DNA of 62,953 bases, filler included, from Chiloscyllium plagiosum (GCF_004010195.1; 4 parts of one record of this genome joined end to end with filler, not necessarily neighbours in it); one strand, 5' to 3'. Counted from the whole stretch's first letter, positions 50,638 to 62,476 are shown. Notes: generated from the letters alone by a model not told the origin. Translations and numbers: made by a program.

Positions 50638-52846
50638 ATTGAATTTAAAGTTTGTAAAAGATATTTAGTCAATGGAGAAGTGTTAAACTCTGACTAGTAA
50701 TACTGCAAAATTTTAATTACAAATCTTGCATTTACTGAACAAGAAATTGGTCTTTGATTTTCTTACTTGATAGCAACCAGATGCTTACCTAGAATGTAAA
50801 AGGTGGTGCAGAGTGTTAATAATTTACAAATTAGGACCCTTTTGTTTTGCAAATCCCACTTGTAACACAGTCTTAAAATGTTCCTGATCTGGAATGAAAT
50901 AATCTGAATAAACTCAACAGTGACTGTTTTTCAATAGTATAAGAGCCCAAAACAAGCAGCCAAGTCTAAGGTTATATGTGTCCTGTATTGCTGCCATTTT
51001 GCAAGGAGTCTATTCTGTAAGGATAATCAGAAATGAAGCTGGATAAATTAGCTTCCAATTCAGAGTAAATGCATTCGCTATGTATAAGTTGTCCATCAAC
51101 CCTGCTGAGAGAGGGTGACTGTTGTTCAGTGATTAGATGCAAGTTCAACTGCAAAGCAAAGCAACATGTGCAGCTGCTGTGATCTTTATACAACACAGGA
51201 ATCCAAGGTCATTTGTGCCACTGCCTACTTACAATGCTTTTGTTTCCCTCTTAATAATTAACACAATAAATCTGGATTCTTATCAAACCTTTTGTTTTCA
51301 TGATCTGTGAAATTCAGGTTTTCCAAACTAACCTTTCATATTACGAGAGGGGTTTCAGCCAAACAAGTAGGAAATTAGCATATTTCAGAAATCTCTTAGG
51401 TGAAATATAATATCCACTAATGATTTAAAAGCATATCATATCAGTTATGAAAATAATGGACAAGCCAAATATTTGTTAAGATCTGACTGTATAGGTCATA
51501 ATTATTTAAAGAAGATAGTGTGTGAAGGAATAATGTGAAGGTAAGAAAATAAATGACAGGACTCCAATGTTAAATTGAGACACCAACAAAATCATTTTTT
51601 CTGTGAACAACTTAAATTACAAGCAATAATGAGTAAATGGTTACACTGAATAAATAAGATAATGATTCTAAACAATATGAATTTCTGTGTAAACCTCATC
51701 ACACCAGAATTAATGCAGTATTATCATTTTTCCTGTGGTTTTCACACCAATAGGCTTTTAAACATATTCATACTCAGTAAAGCATTTCCTTTTCACTCTG
51801 GATCTGGCTGCATATACTACACTTCAAGTCTATTGTATAACCTTATCAATATGACCTCCTTGTCTGAGTACAGGCATAGCTGACATTAACACATCACAGT
51901 CCACCAGGTGCACATAGACACTCCCTCCGTGTCTATCTTATAACTAAACTTTTACAGATCTGTGTGGCCCTGCCCAGTCCTCCAGATCTCCCTTCTTCTC
52001 TCTCTAAACATAGAAAACTGAATTCTTTGCATCCAGTTTGTTGTGCTTAAGCAATGTACTTATATTTTAAAACCAAGCCCACAAGTTTTAATTTAGAGTT
52101 CAGCTCAACTCTGGGCAGTTTTCTCCATAACAACCTCAGGAATGTCTTGTTTTTAGAAGCCCCTAAGCCATGTCAAATGTTCAAATGTTGTTGGTAAGTA
52201 CACAGAGGCAGAATAAAGCATGTTAAAAGCAAAGAGCCTTTAATTCACCTTAAACTGAAACGAAAACTCTACATTTTAATCTTCAACTCAGCCTACAATA
52301 GACACCGTTACAACAAAAGGTAACTAGGCATATGTTGACCTGAAAGACTATTAAAGAAATTGCCTTGCTGCCTCTCCTCTACCTTAATACATGCACATTG
52401 CCAGTAAACATCAGGATGGTTCAAAAAATCAGCAGTGGAATACCATTGTACATGATATGTACTAACACACATAGTGATTAGTTCAAGGTTCAGATACCTG
52501 TATTCTATTCCAGTAAGTTCCCAATCAAAACAGCAATGACACAGAGAAGTGACAAGCTACAACAGAAGCTTCTACAGTTGGAATGCACTGCGATCAGAAG
52601 CTATCCTTGAGCTAATTCAGTGTAGGTGTAGCTGATACCAGGGAGTAAAATCACTCATTCTCACCCTTTGGCCACTGCAACTCATCATCAAGGGAAACCA
52701 AAACCAATTGGAACGCTTAAAGTATAATGCCATAACAATGAAAAATGGTACAATGCAATAATAATTTTTAGTTCAAGATATACTGAAAATATGTTGTTTC
52801 TTACAAATTAACAGATTTGATATACCTTTTTAAAACTTTTGCTCAG

Positions 52847-52939
52847 CATTTGTTCAGGATTTGTTGCTGCCACCATGGGAACCCCTGCTGATGTCATTAA
52901 AACCAGAATCATGAATCAGACAAGAGATAAACAAGGAAG
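52847..52939 (+). CDS. SLC25A27: UCP4 coding exon 7 (GC donor)
   Basis: [30 protein letters not shown](R); CAG acceptor; the in-frame join to exon 8 needs donor AAG|GCAAGT. Confidence 0.92.
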
Positions 52940-53347
52940 GCAAGTAAGATAAATTAAATTTGTATTGGGGTAAGAGTGTCCTTCAATGCATTTCTTATTA
53001 GAATTCCAATCCCAGTATGGTGTCCCGCATGGAGTGGGGATACCCGGTCTACAGGGGGTTGGGGGTGTGGTAGGAGATGTAAGGGTTTCGGGCAACTGTT
53101 GTTTGGAGAGGTGAATTGGTAAGAGGTGGCAAAGGCTTGAATCAGTTAACCAGGAAAGATCAGAGGATTAAAAACCTTTAGCTTAATTGAAGTAGAATCT
53201 TTTGAATTCTTTTCCATAAATGGATCGTTTTGGGCGATTGCAGGTAACTTGACATTCGGATTTCTGAATTTCCTGGGCAATTTCCACAGCTGTGTCAGGA
53301 ATTCTGCATGGTTCCAACATGCAACTCCAGTCAAGTATTTGAATGTG

Positions 53348-53472
53348 GCAGCTTTGGGTAGGCTCGGAATTAAAAATGTCCTATGGAAACCAGTTCATGG
53401 TAGTCATCCCAGCTCTCAGTATGGATGTTGCAGTCAGCATGAACATTTAACAGTTAACTTCACTTAAATTCA
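53348..53472 (+). repeat. 125-bp direct repeat, intron 7 copy
   Basis: Matches 54152-54276 with one mismatch seen. Confidence 0.95.
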
Positions 53473-53820
53473 CTTAAACAAGGTTTATTCAGAGTTGGAA
53501 AATTCTGAAAAAACAAGATTTTTATGTCCTGTTGAAGCATCTTCTTTAAAGTTGAACTTTTCGTCATCAACTCTGTAGCCATTTAATGTTCTGTTAAATA
53601 AAATCATTGTTTTTTTGCATTCATTTTCAATTGGTTTATGCCTCATTGCACATCACTATAAATCATAGAATCACACAGTATAGAAGAGACCCTACAGACC
53701 ATCAAGTCTGTACCGCCAAGAGGCAGTAAGGATCTAAAAAGCATTGTATAGAAAGCTTAAAAAAATTATTTTTATTTCATTGATTCCAAGAGTTCCATAT
53801 TTGTTCATTTTTGCTACTAG

Positions 53821-53923
53821 GGGTTTACTATACACATCCACAATGGATTGTCTGATGCAGACAGTAAAGAAAGAAGGATTGATGTCATTGTATAAAGGAT
53901 TTCTGCCGACCTGGGCAAGGATG
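53821..53923 (+). CDS. SLC25A27: UCP4 coding exon 8
   Basis: [37 protein letters not shown] acceptor, GTAAAT donor. Confidence 0.95.
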
Positions 53924-54008
53924 GTAAATGTTTCTGTATCATTTAAAAATATACCCTTCTACAGCTTTTGTGGTTTTTGCATTAACTAGATTTTAATTTC
54001 TGTTTCAG

Positions 54009-54080
54009 GCACCTTGGTCATTGACATTCTGGCTCACGTTTGAACAAATCAGAAAAATCACAGGCCTCAATTCATTTTGA
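54009..54080 (+). CDS. SLC25A27: UCP4 coding exon 9 with stop
   Basis: APWSLTFWLTFEQIRKITGLNSF*; follows an 85-nt intron with tttcAG acceptor. Confidence 0.95.
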   Translation, partial: APWSLTFWLTFEQIRKITGLNSF

Positions 54081-54151
54081 CACCATTGCAGAGCAGATTG
54101 TGATTTAACTTCTGTGAAGTTCCCTTTGAGGACTGTATCATCGAGCACCAT

Positions 54152-54276
54152 GCAGCTTTGGGTAGGCTCGGAATTAAAAATGTCCTATGGAAACCAGTTC
54201 ATGGTAGTCATCCCAGCTCTCAGTTTGGATGTTGCAGTCAGCATGAACATTTAACAGTTAACTTCACTTAAATTCA
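54152..54276 (+). repeat. 125-bp direct repeat, 3'UTR copy
   Basis: Matches 53348-53472. Confidence 0.95.
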
Positions 54277-54545
54277 GTATACTTTTGTGTCAGGAAGATT
54301 CAGCTGTATATTACTATAAATGATTAAAATACTGAAGTTTTGTATTAATTTGATGGCTGTGAAAGATATGAGGACATGTTCTAAAACTAGAGAGGGCTAA
54401 GCTGATAGGACAGAGCCCACTAGTTGGTCACTAGTCAGGAGGGATTTGTTCTGAGAGATCTCCATATTGACCCTGGACTCTTTGAAGTCTCATGGTATCA
54501 AACTAAATATAACCATGAAAATTTCCTGCAGTTGGAAGAAACAGC

Positions 54546-54853
54546 GCACGGTGGCACAGTGGTTAGCACTGCTGCTTCACAGTGCCAGAGACCCGGGTTC
54601 AATTCCCACCTCAGGCGACTGACTGTGTGGAGTTTGCACGTTCTCCCCGTGTCTGCGAGGGTTTCCTCCGGGTGCTCCGGTTTCCTCCCACAGTCCAAAG
54701 ATGTGCAGGTCAGGTGAATTGGCCATGCTAAATTGCCCGTAGTGTTAGGTAAGGGATAAATGATGGGGTATGAGTGGTTTACGCTTCGGTGGGTTGGTGT
54801 GGACTTGTTGGGCTGAAGGGTCTGTTTCCACACTGTAATCTAATCTAATCTAA
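54546..54853 (+). mobile_element. HE1-type V-SINE
   Basis: Full head, V-domain, (TAATC)n tail. Confidence 0.92.
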
Positions 54854-55559
54854 TTAGATGAGGGGAACAAAGGCACAGAATGTAGGCTTGGTGATGGACA
54901 CTGAAGTCTCCTACCTAGACTGGGTCAATAATACTAACTGAACTGGCTAAGTTCTTACTGCTTGCCTGGGCATGGTGCAAATGGTGAGGGAACGAACAAG
55001 AGAACTAAAGCTATGGAACCTTGTCTTGACCACCTTACCTATTGTGGACATACCTGTCCATGACATCGTAGATAGGAATGGTCACTGCACAGTCATTGTG
55101 GAGACATCTTCTCACTAACAATGACTTCCAATGTGTTTTGTAGCACTACCCCTGTAGTAAAGGGGATAGATTCAGCTTCAAGCTGTGCATCCCTGAGGTA
55201 CTGTAGGACATCAGCAACAACTGAATTGTATTCGACCACTATCTAATCTTATAGGCCTCTACCATTACCACTAAGCCATGGGACTGAGTGCAGGAAGTCA
55301 CTCCAGAAGCAATAGGCACACCTAAAATGAGGTGTTTACTGGAGATGCTACAACACAGGACTATTTCATTGCTAAACAGGAGGAAGTAACTTGTAACAAA
55401 CAGAGCTTAATGATCCCTAACCAACAAATTAGATCAAAGCTTTGCATTCTTGCCACATTTATTAGTGAATGGTGGTGGACAATCAAAACAACTAATAGGA
55501 AGAGTAAGCTGCACGAACATCTCCATCCTCAATGAGCTCTAAACTGTCACCATTATAGT

Positions 55560-56410
55560 AAAAACGTATTATCGGTATTCAGCCTCATTCTTCTGATTGC
55601 CATACCTGAGACCTATCATGCGCCCAACATGGCTTTTAAAATGTGCAAAAACTGACCTACAATGGCTGCTTTCATCACCTGACCTGGTCAAGCAAAGTTC
55701 ATGAATCCATCAGTAAATGAAGATCAATCCAAGCTGACATTTGGATCTATGTCTCCTTTTTGTAAGTTCCAGATGAAAGTCACCTGCAGATCGTCGAACT
55801 TGAAAAAAGACAATGGAACAAGACTCCAGAATTCATACTGAATTGTATTTCAGCAGCTGCTTTTGAGCAGCACAATGGATTTGTAAGCAAGAACTGTACG
55901 ATACACATGTTCTCCCTTTCTCTCTGACTCTGCCTTTCTCAACCTAAATCAGTGCCCAGTATAAAAGCCACTTGGGTGAACCATCATTTACTGAGAACTC
56001 TAGATCTACGTACTTTATCATTGTAGTACAATGTCAATAATTAAAAAACTGACCTCTGGTTTAAAATTTAGTACCATACCAACTCTTAAAAACGTTAAAC
56101 TCCAAGCCTTAAACTTTAAACAGGCCTTTACCCTCGTGTCTGGATTTGACACCCCTCTCTCTTTATAAATGAATTACCTTTGTTTGTGCATGTATCTAAT
56201 GTTGCATTCCTATTATTCTTTTTGGGGTCATAGATAATAAAATTCATTTTTCACTTAAGAAAACCTTGTAATTTGGCTCCTTCATTTTATTTTGTATTAT
56301 GTTCTAATTGAAAAGAAGTATCTGCGTTCTAAAAAGTGAAATAAAAATATTTGTTGTGACTAAAAAAGAGGGGAGCTGATTTCCTACTTCTCACCTCATT
56401 GTAATAAACA
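55560..56410 (+). mobile_element. Possible decayed LTR
   Basis: LTR-like layout with late AATAAA (about 56236) and a ...ctcacctcattgtaataaaca end; no TSD found. Confidence 0.3.
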
Positions 56411-56454
56411 CATAAACGCATGGCTAGGAAGGAGATACCACTTCCGAGTGAGTA

Positions 56455-56615
56455 CAGAGGAACCTTGATTATCTGACATTTGATCAGCCAAATTTTGAGT
56501 TATCCAGACAAGATCGCAAGGTCCCAATGCTTGGCTAAACTGTATTATCCGAATATTTGATTATCCGAACAAAATACTTCCCGTCCACATTATTTAGATA
56601 ATTGAGGTTCCTCTG
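56455..56615. mobile_element. MITE, Tc1/mariner-pogo(Tigger)-type, 161 bp
   Basis: TIRs CAGAGGAACCTTGATTATCT / AGATAATTGAGGTTCCTCTG (18/20), TA on both sides, internal ttatccga subrepeats. Confidence 0.85.
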
Positions 56616-56929
56616 TATATGGTTTGGGATTTTTGAAGCAGTGTGGGAATTTGGTGCAGAGGGTACGAGATGCTTTTTGTTTGCTTTTTAAATTCATACT
56701 TTATCAGTTTTTTTTAACAGGATAAATTAGAGTCTAGGTTTTGAGGGTCCAACACGAAGCAAAGTGTGATGTTACAGGAAAACTATAAGTTCATTGGTTG
56801 GTAATAGCTACTAATTTGACGATATATTTCTAGGTTACTTTCTGATTGAGGTAAATGGGAGAAATATTACAAACTAAAAAATAGTAGGACATTTTAAAAA
56901 AAGTGTTAACTAAGTAAATAAAATGGAGA

Positions 56930-57300
56930 TGGAGGGTCAGGCAATGTGTTATAGGTACTGGTGGTCCTCATTGTAGTTCACAGTGAACACATCTGTCTCA
57001 AGTGTTGGAAGTTTGAGGACCCCTGAATCAGAGGTGATGATCTCAGATCTTAGCTTTAAACACTGTGACACGTCTGGAAGGGGGAGAGTTACCTGGACAC
57101 ACTCTATTTCAGAGTCAGTCACACCCTTTTAGATAAACTACCTAGAATTGAGTCAGTGGTTAGAGTCAGGAGGGTGTGACAATGAGCAAGTAAATTGAGG
57201 GATCCAGGACGTTTGTGATTCTTGTTGTCTTGTGGGTGCAAGTGGGATCTGTAGGGAAGTTGAGAAAACTGACCATAACACTGGTAAAGGGAGCCATTCA
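56930..57300 (+). mobile_element. Decayed CR1 ORF1 N-terminal remnant
   Basis: HICLKCW...GESYLDTL zinc-finger/leucine-zipper-like remnant with stops. Confidence 0.5.
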
Positions 57301-58919
57301 AGAGGGGGGAGAAAAGAGAAATGAACACAAAAGGAAATGTGCAGCAGACATTTTCTGAAAAAAACAAGGTAGTAGCACTGCATAAGTATTAATTGCATTT
57401 GGAATGATGTTACTATTTTTAAGTGAGTGTAACAAAAAGTTCCCTTGCAGCAAACTCCTGCGAATTGTACTGAAACTGAATATTTTTCAATTGGCTAGAT
57501 GATGGTGGCTCTAATGCTTAAGACCATTGAAAACAAAGTAGCCTGTTTGATTAGCATTCTTTCCACCACTGGCACTGCCAGCTTGGAGATGCCAAGTCTT
57601 CAACAATACCTTCCAATCTTGCAACCTTTACCATCCAGAAGTTAGTAGCAGTTACATGGGAGTAAACTTGCTAGTTCCCCCAAAACCCACATTATCCTTA
57701 TTTGCAAGTATATCATTGTTCCTTCAATATCACCAGATTAATATCCTGAAGTTCCCAGTCCAACAGCAGCATGGATGTATTAGTACTGCAAGTATCATGC
57801 AGTTCAAAAAGGCAGCTAGTCTGATTCAATTTGCTAAACAAGCTGTATAAATTACTGATTTTTTTTTAAAGAAAGTCTTTAGCCACTATCGCTCTCTTCT
57901 TAACAACATTCAAATGTAAACTTGGTACAGTACTGTACATCCATATTAAGTTATCATAATTCCAAATTCAGTGTTTACTTCTATTGTGAATAAATTTGGT
58001 GTGACATTAAACCTATATGTTTAAAGGATACAATCTCCTCTTGATTAGCAGCTTTTGAAGATATATCCATGTATCTTACCAGCTATTAGTAGTTGGTAAA
58101 GCACACATCTTCCATGAACAGCCAAACATTTAGATCTTTTGGAGGGTAAAATGTCACCAATACTGTCCAATACAACATTGACTCCTTTTGAAGAGAATAT
58201 AAAAGGTTAAGTCTTACATTTTATGGATTAAATGATCAACCATTTTTATTAACTTACTGCATCATTCAAAGTATTCTAAATTGAGAACTGTTATCCTCCT
58301 TTTACCTTCCACCTTCAGTGGAGCCCTGTTAATGAAAGTGCAAGTCCAACTGGAATTATTATGCTCAGGTTAATGATTATTACAGAACAAGAGCAAGAAT
58401 AAATGTGTTGTAGTTAACTGCAGATCTGACTTTTTTCTTTGGCAAAATAGATAAGATGTTAGATATTCATTCAAACACAAAATTCCAACTTCAGTCTCTG
58501 TTTAGTCTGATTTATTTCATTCACTGTGGCAGTCAGTACTAGTTCTGGTGATTAATGTACACCGGTGGAGAGGATTCAGAGAACACATCAGTAAAGACCG
58601 AAGCCAAAATTTCTGCAGAAATACCTGCTGTAAGCATTTGGGTTTTGAATATAGGTATGGCTCCTCAACAATACTGCCACAAAACTAGGCATTTGGGCAA
58701 GATTATCCAGGTCTACCACTAGTTGCCAGAACATTGACTTCAAAAGAGGATGATGAGATATAATTAAATCAATCAGCCAATCTTAATAATTCACCACCGA
58801 TTAAACAATAGAACACTTTTTTTCTGAGAAATCTAGTTCAATGCAGTGACTGCCCCAATTTCTATCCAAATGCAGTTTCTCCAGGGTCCCTGCAGTTACA
58901 CTTCTGTCAGCTAAATAGG

Positions 58920-59125
58920 TGGGCGAAAGTGAGGACTATAGATGCTGGAGATCAGAATCAAGATTAGAGTGGTGATGGAAAAGCACAGCAGGTCAGGCAG
59001 CCGAGGACCAGGAAAAATCAACGGTTACTGAAGGCTCCTGCCCGAAACATCGATTTTTTTTTTCCTGCTCCTCGGATGCTGACTGACCTGCTGTGCTTTT
59101 CCAGCACCACTTTAATCTTGACTCT
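58920..59125. mobile_element. Penelope-like termini in inverted arrangement
   Basis: 58955-59015 is the reverse complement of about 59060-59123; decayed GCCC-GAAA-CATC core between the arms. Confidence 0.75.
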
Positions 59126-59207
59126 GCTGAATACCTGCTATACCTACACCACTTGCTCCAGTGTGGATCAGCACTAGCTCACCTCTATACACTTTTAGCT
59201 AAGAAAA

Positions 59208-59305
59208 TGGGCCTGGTGCTGGCAGGTGGGACTAGATTGGGTTGGGATGTCTGGTCGGGTTGGACCGAAGGGTCTGTTTCCATGCTGTACATCTCTATGA
59301 CTCTA
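59208..59305 (+). mobile_element. CR1/HER1 3' tail fragment
   Basis: gggactagattgggttgggat...catctctatgactct. Confidence 0.85.
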
Positions 59306-59689
59306 AAACAATCCAGACGTTTAGCTAAACCTGAAGCCAAGTTAGTGATATTCAATATTGTTTTAAAAAGGCTTTTTTTACTAGCAATGTATTTTATTTC
59401 TCTCTAAATATAATTTTAATAAGGATTGATGAGGAAATAAATCTATACTGTAGATAATTAATGAAAAAACTAGCACTGGGATTTGTAACAGCTGAGAAAA
59501 GGTTATACTGTAGGATACTCCTTGCATCATGTCAGTTCTAGAATAATTGTTTGGGATTAATTGATATTATTAGTCAACAACTCCATTATCATATATATTT
59601 ACAATAGAAGGCCACCTCGATGGAACTTGACTTTTTGTGGTCTTGCAATTCCTATGTAAACATAATAGTAGGTTGTATACACAGGAATG

Positions 59690-60075
59690 GAGTATAAATT
59701 TATAGAGATTTTGTTTTTGTTGCATTAGACTTTTCAGGTCAGTTTGTCATCCTTAAGACTGACCAGGCAAATACAAAAAGATTCCAAGTATCACAATGTA
59801 CAGTTTAAGAAAAGAGCTTTTTCTCTGGAAAATATGTAATCTAAATCTGGAGTACCTTGCGAAGTATTAGTCACCTTTTTAAGGAAGGATGAAGGTGCTT
59901 TGGATATAGTTCAGAGAATGTTTATTAGATTGATACTTAAAGTGAGGATTGTTTAATGAGGCAAAGTTGGAGAGACTTAGACTTGTATCTGCTGGAATTT
60001 AGAAGAATAAAAGGTGACTTGATTGAACCATATAAAGAGGAGTTTTGACAGAGTCAATATGGAATGCATGTTTCT
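59690..60075 (+). mobile_element. Decayed CR1 fragment
   Basis: LDIVQRMFIRLI / LEFRRIKGDLIE remnants. Confidence 0.6.
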
Positions 60076-60078
60076 CAG

Positions 60079-60203
60079 GAAGAAGGGCTTATGCCCGAAA
60101 CGTCGATTCTCCTGTTCCTTGGATGCTGCCTGACCTGCTGCGCTTTTCCAGCAACACATTTTCAGCTCTGATCTCCAGCATCTGCAGCCCTCACTTTCTC
60201 CTC
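60079..60203 (+). mobile_element. Penelope-like terminal fragment beginning inside the hammerhead core
   Basis: GAAGA-A-GGGC-ttat-GCCC-GAAA-CGTC then the family 3' terminus. Confidence 0.75.
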
Positions 60204-60879
60204 CTACTTCTGTTTGTATCTTGTATGTTCACATGTAAGAAAGGTCCTGACGTTATTAGGGAATTGCCAAATTGATTTAAACAAATAGTTTATTCTAGAG
60301 AAGAGCTTATGCTTTCAATCAAATAAGCAGCAATCTTGCAATTTTGAAGCAAACAAAATAAATTCACATCCATCATGGGAAATTATGGAAATGAATTCAA
60401 GAAGTAAGATCCACAATAAGAAAGCTATCACCTTGATTGATTGTTTTTTTTTAACAACAGTTCACTCAAGACCTTGAAAGAAGCAAGCCTATTGGCCCTA
60501 TCTCACTTGACCTATACATGATCTCAGCACAATTCCTTGGGACTAACTATTCGTTCTTCTCTATGGTATTTACCAGCAAGTCACTCACTTCTACCAACAG
60601 TTTAATAAAATCTTGATAGCTTAATTTTGGAAGCACAAAGAGAAGGTACTGTACAGCAACCAAGAAGATTATTATGCTTAGGAAGAAAACAAAGAAAAAT
60701 TGTTCATTTTTTTGTAGACATATTGTAATTACAAAACTAAGAGTGTTGTGGAAAAGATGGCACTCACTGACACTTAAGTCTGGGGGTTACCAAAGGAAAG
60801 CTGTCATCATGTCACACCAAGAAAAACTATAATACAAGTGATCAATGATGCATTAGATATAAATGCCAAGTCAATCTCA

Positions 60880-61400
60880 CAACCATTGTTACTTTGTTGT
60901 ACTGTAATTTAAGCCAAACGCAAAACAACAATTTAAAGCGTAATTTTCCTCGTGGGCAATGAACATCAAAGAATGTATTGAACAGCTATATTTCACAAGT
61001 CAATTTTTTCAGAGATCTTTTTGAGAAAGTAAAATTTTCATTCTTTATGGAGCTTTTTTCATTGAAGTGGGGGATTGAAGTGATGAGAATCACTATTTCA
61101 AAAAGTGAAACAACGTCAATAGTTAGTTCTTCATCAATGTCATAATAGAAGCGGATCAAATATACTAACAATCAGTCATGGAAAATCTCACCTAAATATT
61201 GCCACACCTTGACTCAACTCGTTTGAGTATCCCATGCAGAGCTTGGAAATCAATCAAAAATTGCTCCTCAACCTGCAATCACGGATACCCTCCCTTGTGT
61301 CTTTGCTGCCAGAGAATAAAGGGTGTGGAGTACTGAGCATCATCCTATTAAAACTTACATGCAATTTCAAAGGGAGTAGAGTGGGTACCTATTTGGGCGT
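60880..61400 (-). mobile_element. Possible ancient Penelope-type reverse transcriptase remnant
   Basis: Minus strand LYSLAAKT.. and DEELTIDVVSLF...TSIP resemble the PLE RT motifs LYGLPK.HK and SFDVxSLFTxIP, in the right order. Confidence 0.35.
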
Positions 61401-61429
61401 GAAAGCTGAGCTAACTGAAATCAACTCAG

Positions 61430-61582
61430 ATAGAGTCATAGAGATGTACAGCATGGAAACAGACCCTTCGGTCCAACCAGTCCATGCCGACCAGATATCC
61501 CAACCCAATCTAGTCCCACCTACCAGCACCTGGCCCATATCCCTCCAAACCCTTCCTATTCATATACCCATCCAAATGCCTC
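61430..61582 (-). mobile_element. CR1/HER1 3' end abutting gap
   Basis: Same tail as 16386-16540. Confidence 0.9.
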
Positions 61583-61682
61583 NNNNNNNNNNNNNNNNNN
61601 NNNNNNNNNNNNNNNNNNNNNNNNNNTTAATTAATTAANNNNNNNNNNNNNNNNNNNNNNNNNNNNNNNNNNNNNNNNNNNN
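61583..61682. other. Assembly gap with TTAATTAATTAA spacer
   Basis: 44 N + spacer (61627-61638) + 44 N. Confidence 0.95.
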
Positions 61683-62040
61683 GACATCCTCAGTGCTTGG
61701 GAGCCTCCTGTGAAGCGCTTCTGTGGTGTTTCCACAGGGAACAGCCAGGGAATTCCTAGAAGCTTGGCACTCATCCACAAACTCCATCAACAAACACATT
61801 GACCTGGACCCAATATACCAGCCACTACAGTGGACAGCTGAAACTGACAACCGGAAGCGGCAGGGACAGGCCACTATAAATGCCAGAGGAAACACCACAG
61901 AAGCGCTTCACAGGAGGCTCCCAAGCACTGAGGATGTCACCTAGACAGGGGACGAAATATTTGCAACAAAAATTTTCAGCTCGGCGAACAGAACCACAAC
62001 AACGAGCACCTGAGCTACAAATCTTCACCCAAACTTTGAT
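61683..62040 (+). mobile_element. Penelope-like element 3' end (third family) with inverted terminal copy
   Basis: AREFLEAWHSSTNSINKHIDLDPIYQPL resembles a PLE GIY-YIG C-terminus. 61683-61733 is the reverse complement of 61888-61938. Confidence 0.75.
61925..61964 (+). ncRNA. Minimal type I hammerhead ribozyme motif
   Basis: GCA-CUGAGGA-U-GUC-accuagacaggg-GAC-GAAA-UA-UU-UGC: stem I GCA/UGC, stem II GUC/GAC, palindromic AUAU in place of stem III. Confidence 0.6.
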
Positions 62041-62098
62041 CAGGAACACCATCCGGATCACCATTAGGAACACTATCCGGATCACCATCAGGAACACC
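62041..62098. repeat. 24-bp tandem repeat, about 2.4 copies
   Basis: Unit caggaacaccatccggatcaccat. Confidence 0.85.
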
Positions 62099-62270
62099 GA
62101 GAAGATGGTCAATGACAGCAGTCTGAATGTGCTGCATTTCCAAAGCTATTGTTATTTGTGTAAGATATTAAACCAAGGCCCCACCTCCCCTCCCCAGTGG
62201 AAGTATCAGCTCACATTAACATTGGATCTTACAACACAGAATGAGGCTATTCAGCTGGTTATAACAGAAG

Positions 62271-62476
62271 AAAGTGACGTCTGCAGATGCTAGAGATCAG
62301 TGTTGAGAGTGTGGTGCTGAAAAAGCACAGCCGGTCAGACAGCATCTGAGGAGCAGGAGAATTGACTTTTTGGGCATAAACCCTTCACCAGGAAGAGATG
62401 GGCTTATGCCAAACACATCGATTCTCCTGCTCCTTGGATGCTGCCTGACCTTTTCCAGCACAACACTCTCGACTCA
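62271..62476. mobile_element. Penelope-like termini in inverted arrangement with two decayed hammerhead cores
   Basis: 12-bp TSD ttataacagaag (62259-62270/62477-62488); arms are reverse complements. Confidence 0.75.

Larger units (their letters stand above)
25626..54080 (+). other. SLC25A27: SLC25A27 (mitochondrial uncoupling protein 4) gene span, 9 coding exons, 322 aa
   Basis: Exons 106+189+85+123+113+85+93+103+72 = 969 nt join in frame. Three mitochondrial-carrier signatures ([24 protein letters not shown]); strong similarity to UCP4 throughout. Confidence 0.96.

Noticed and set aside
49150..52750. Nested gene or snoRNA in the unique-looking parts of UCP4 intron 6
   Set aside because: Only short unrecognisable ORFs, and no convincing C/D or H/ACA layout by eye; may be decayed transposon sequence.
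54546..54620. tRNA gene
   Set aside because: tRNA-derived SINE head followed by SINE body and LINE-like tail.
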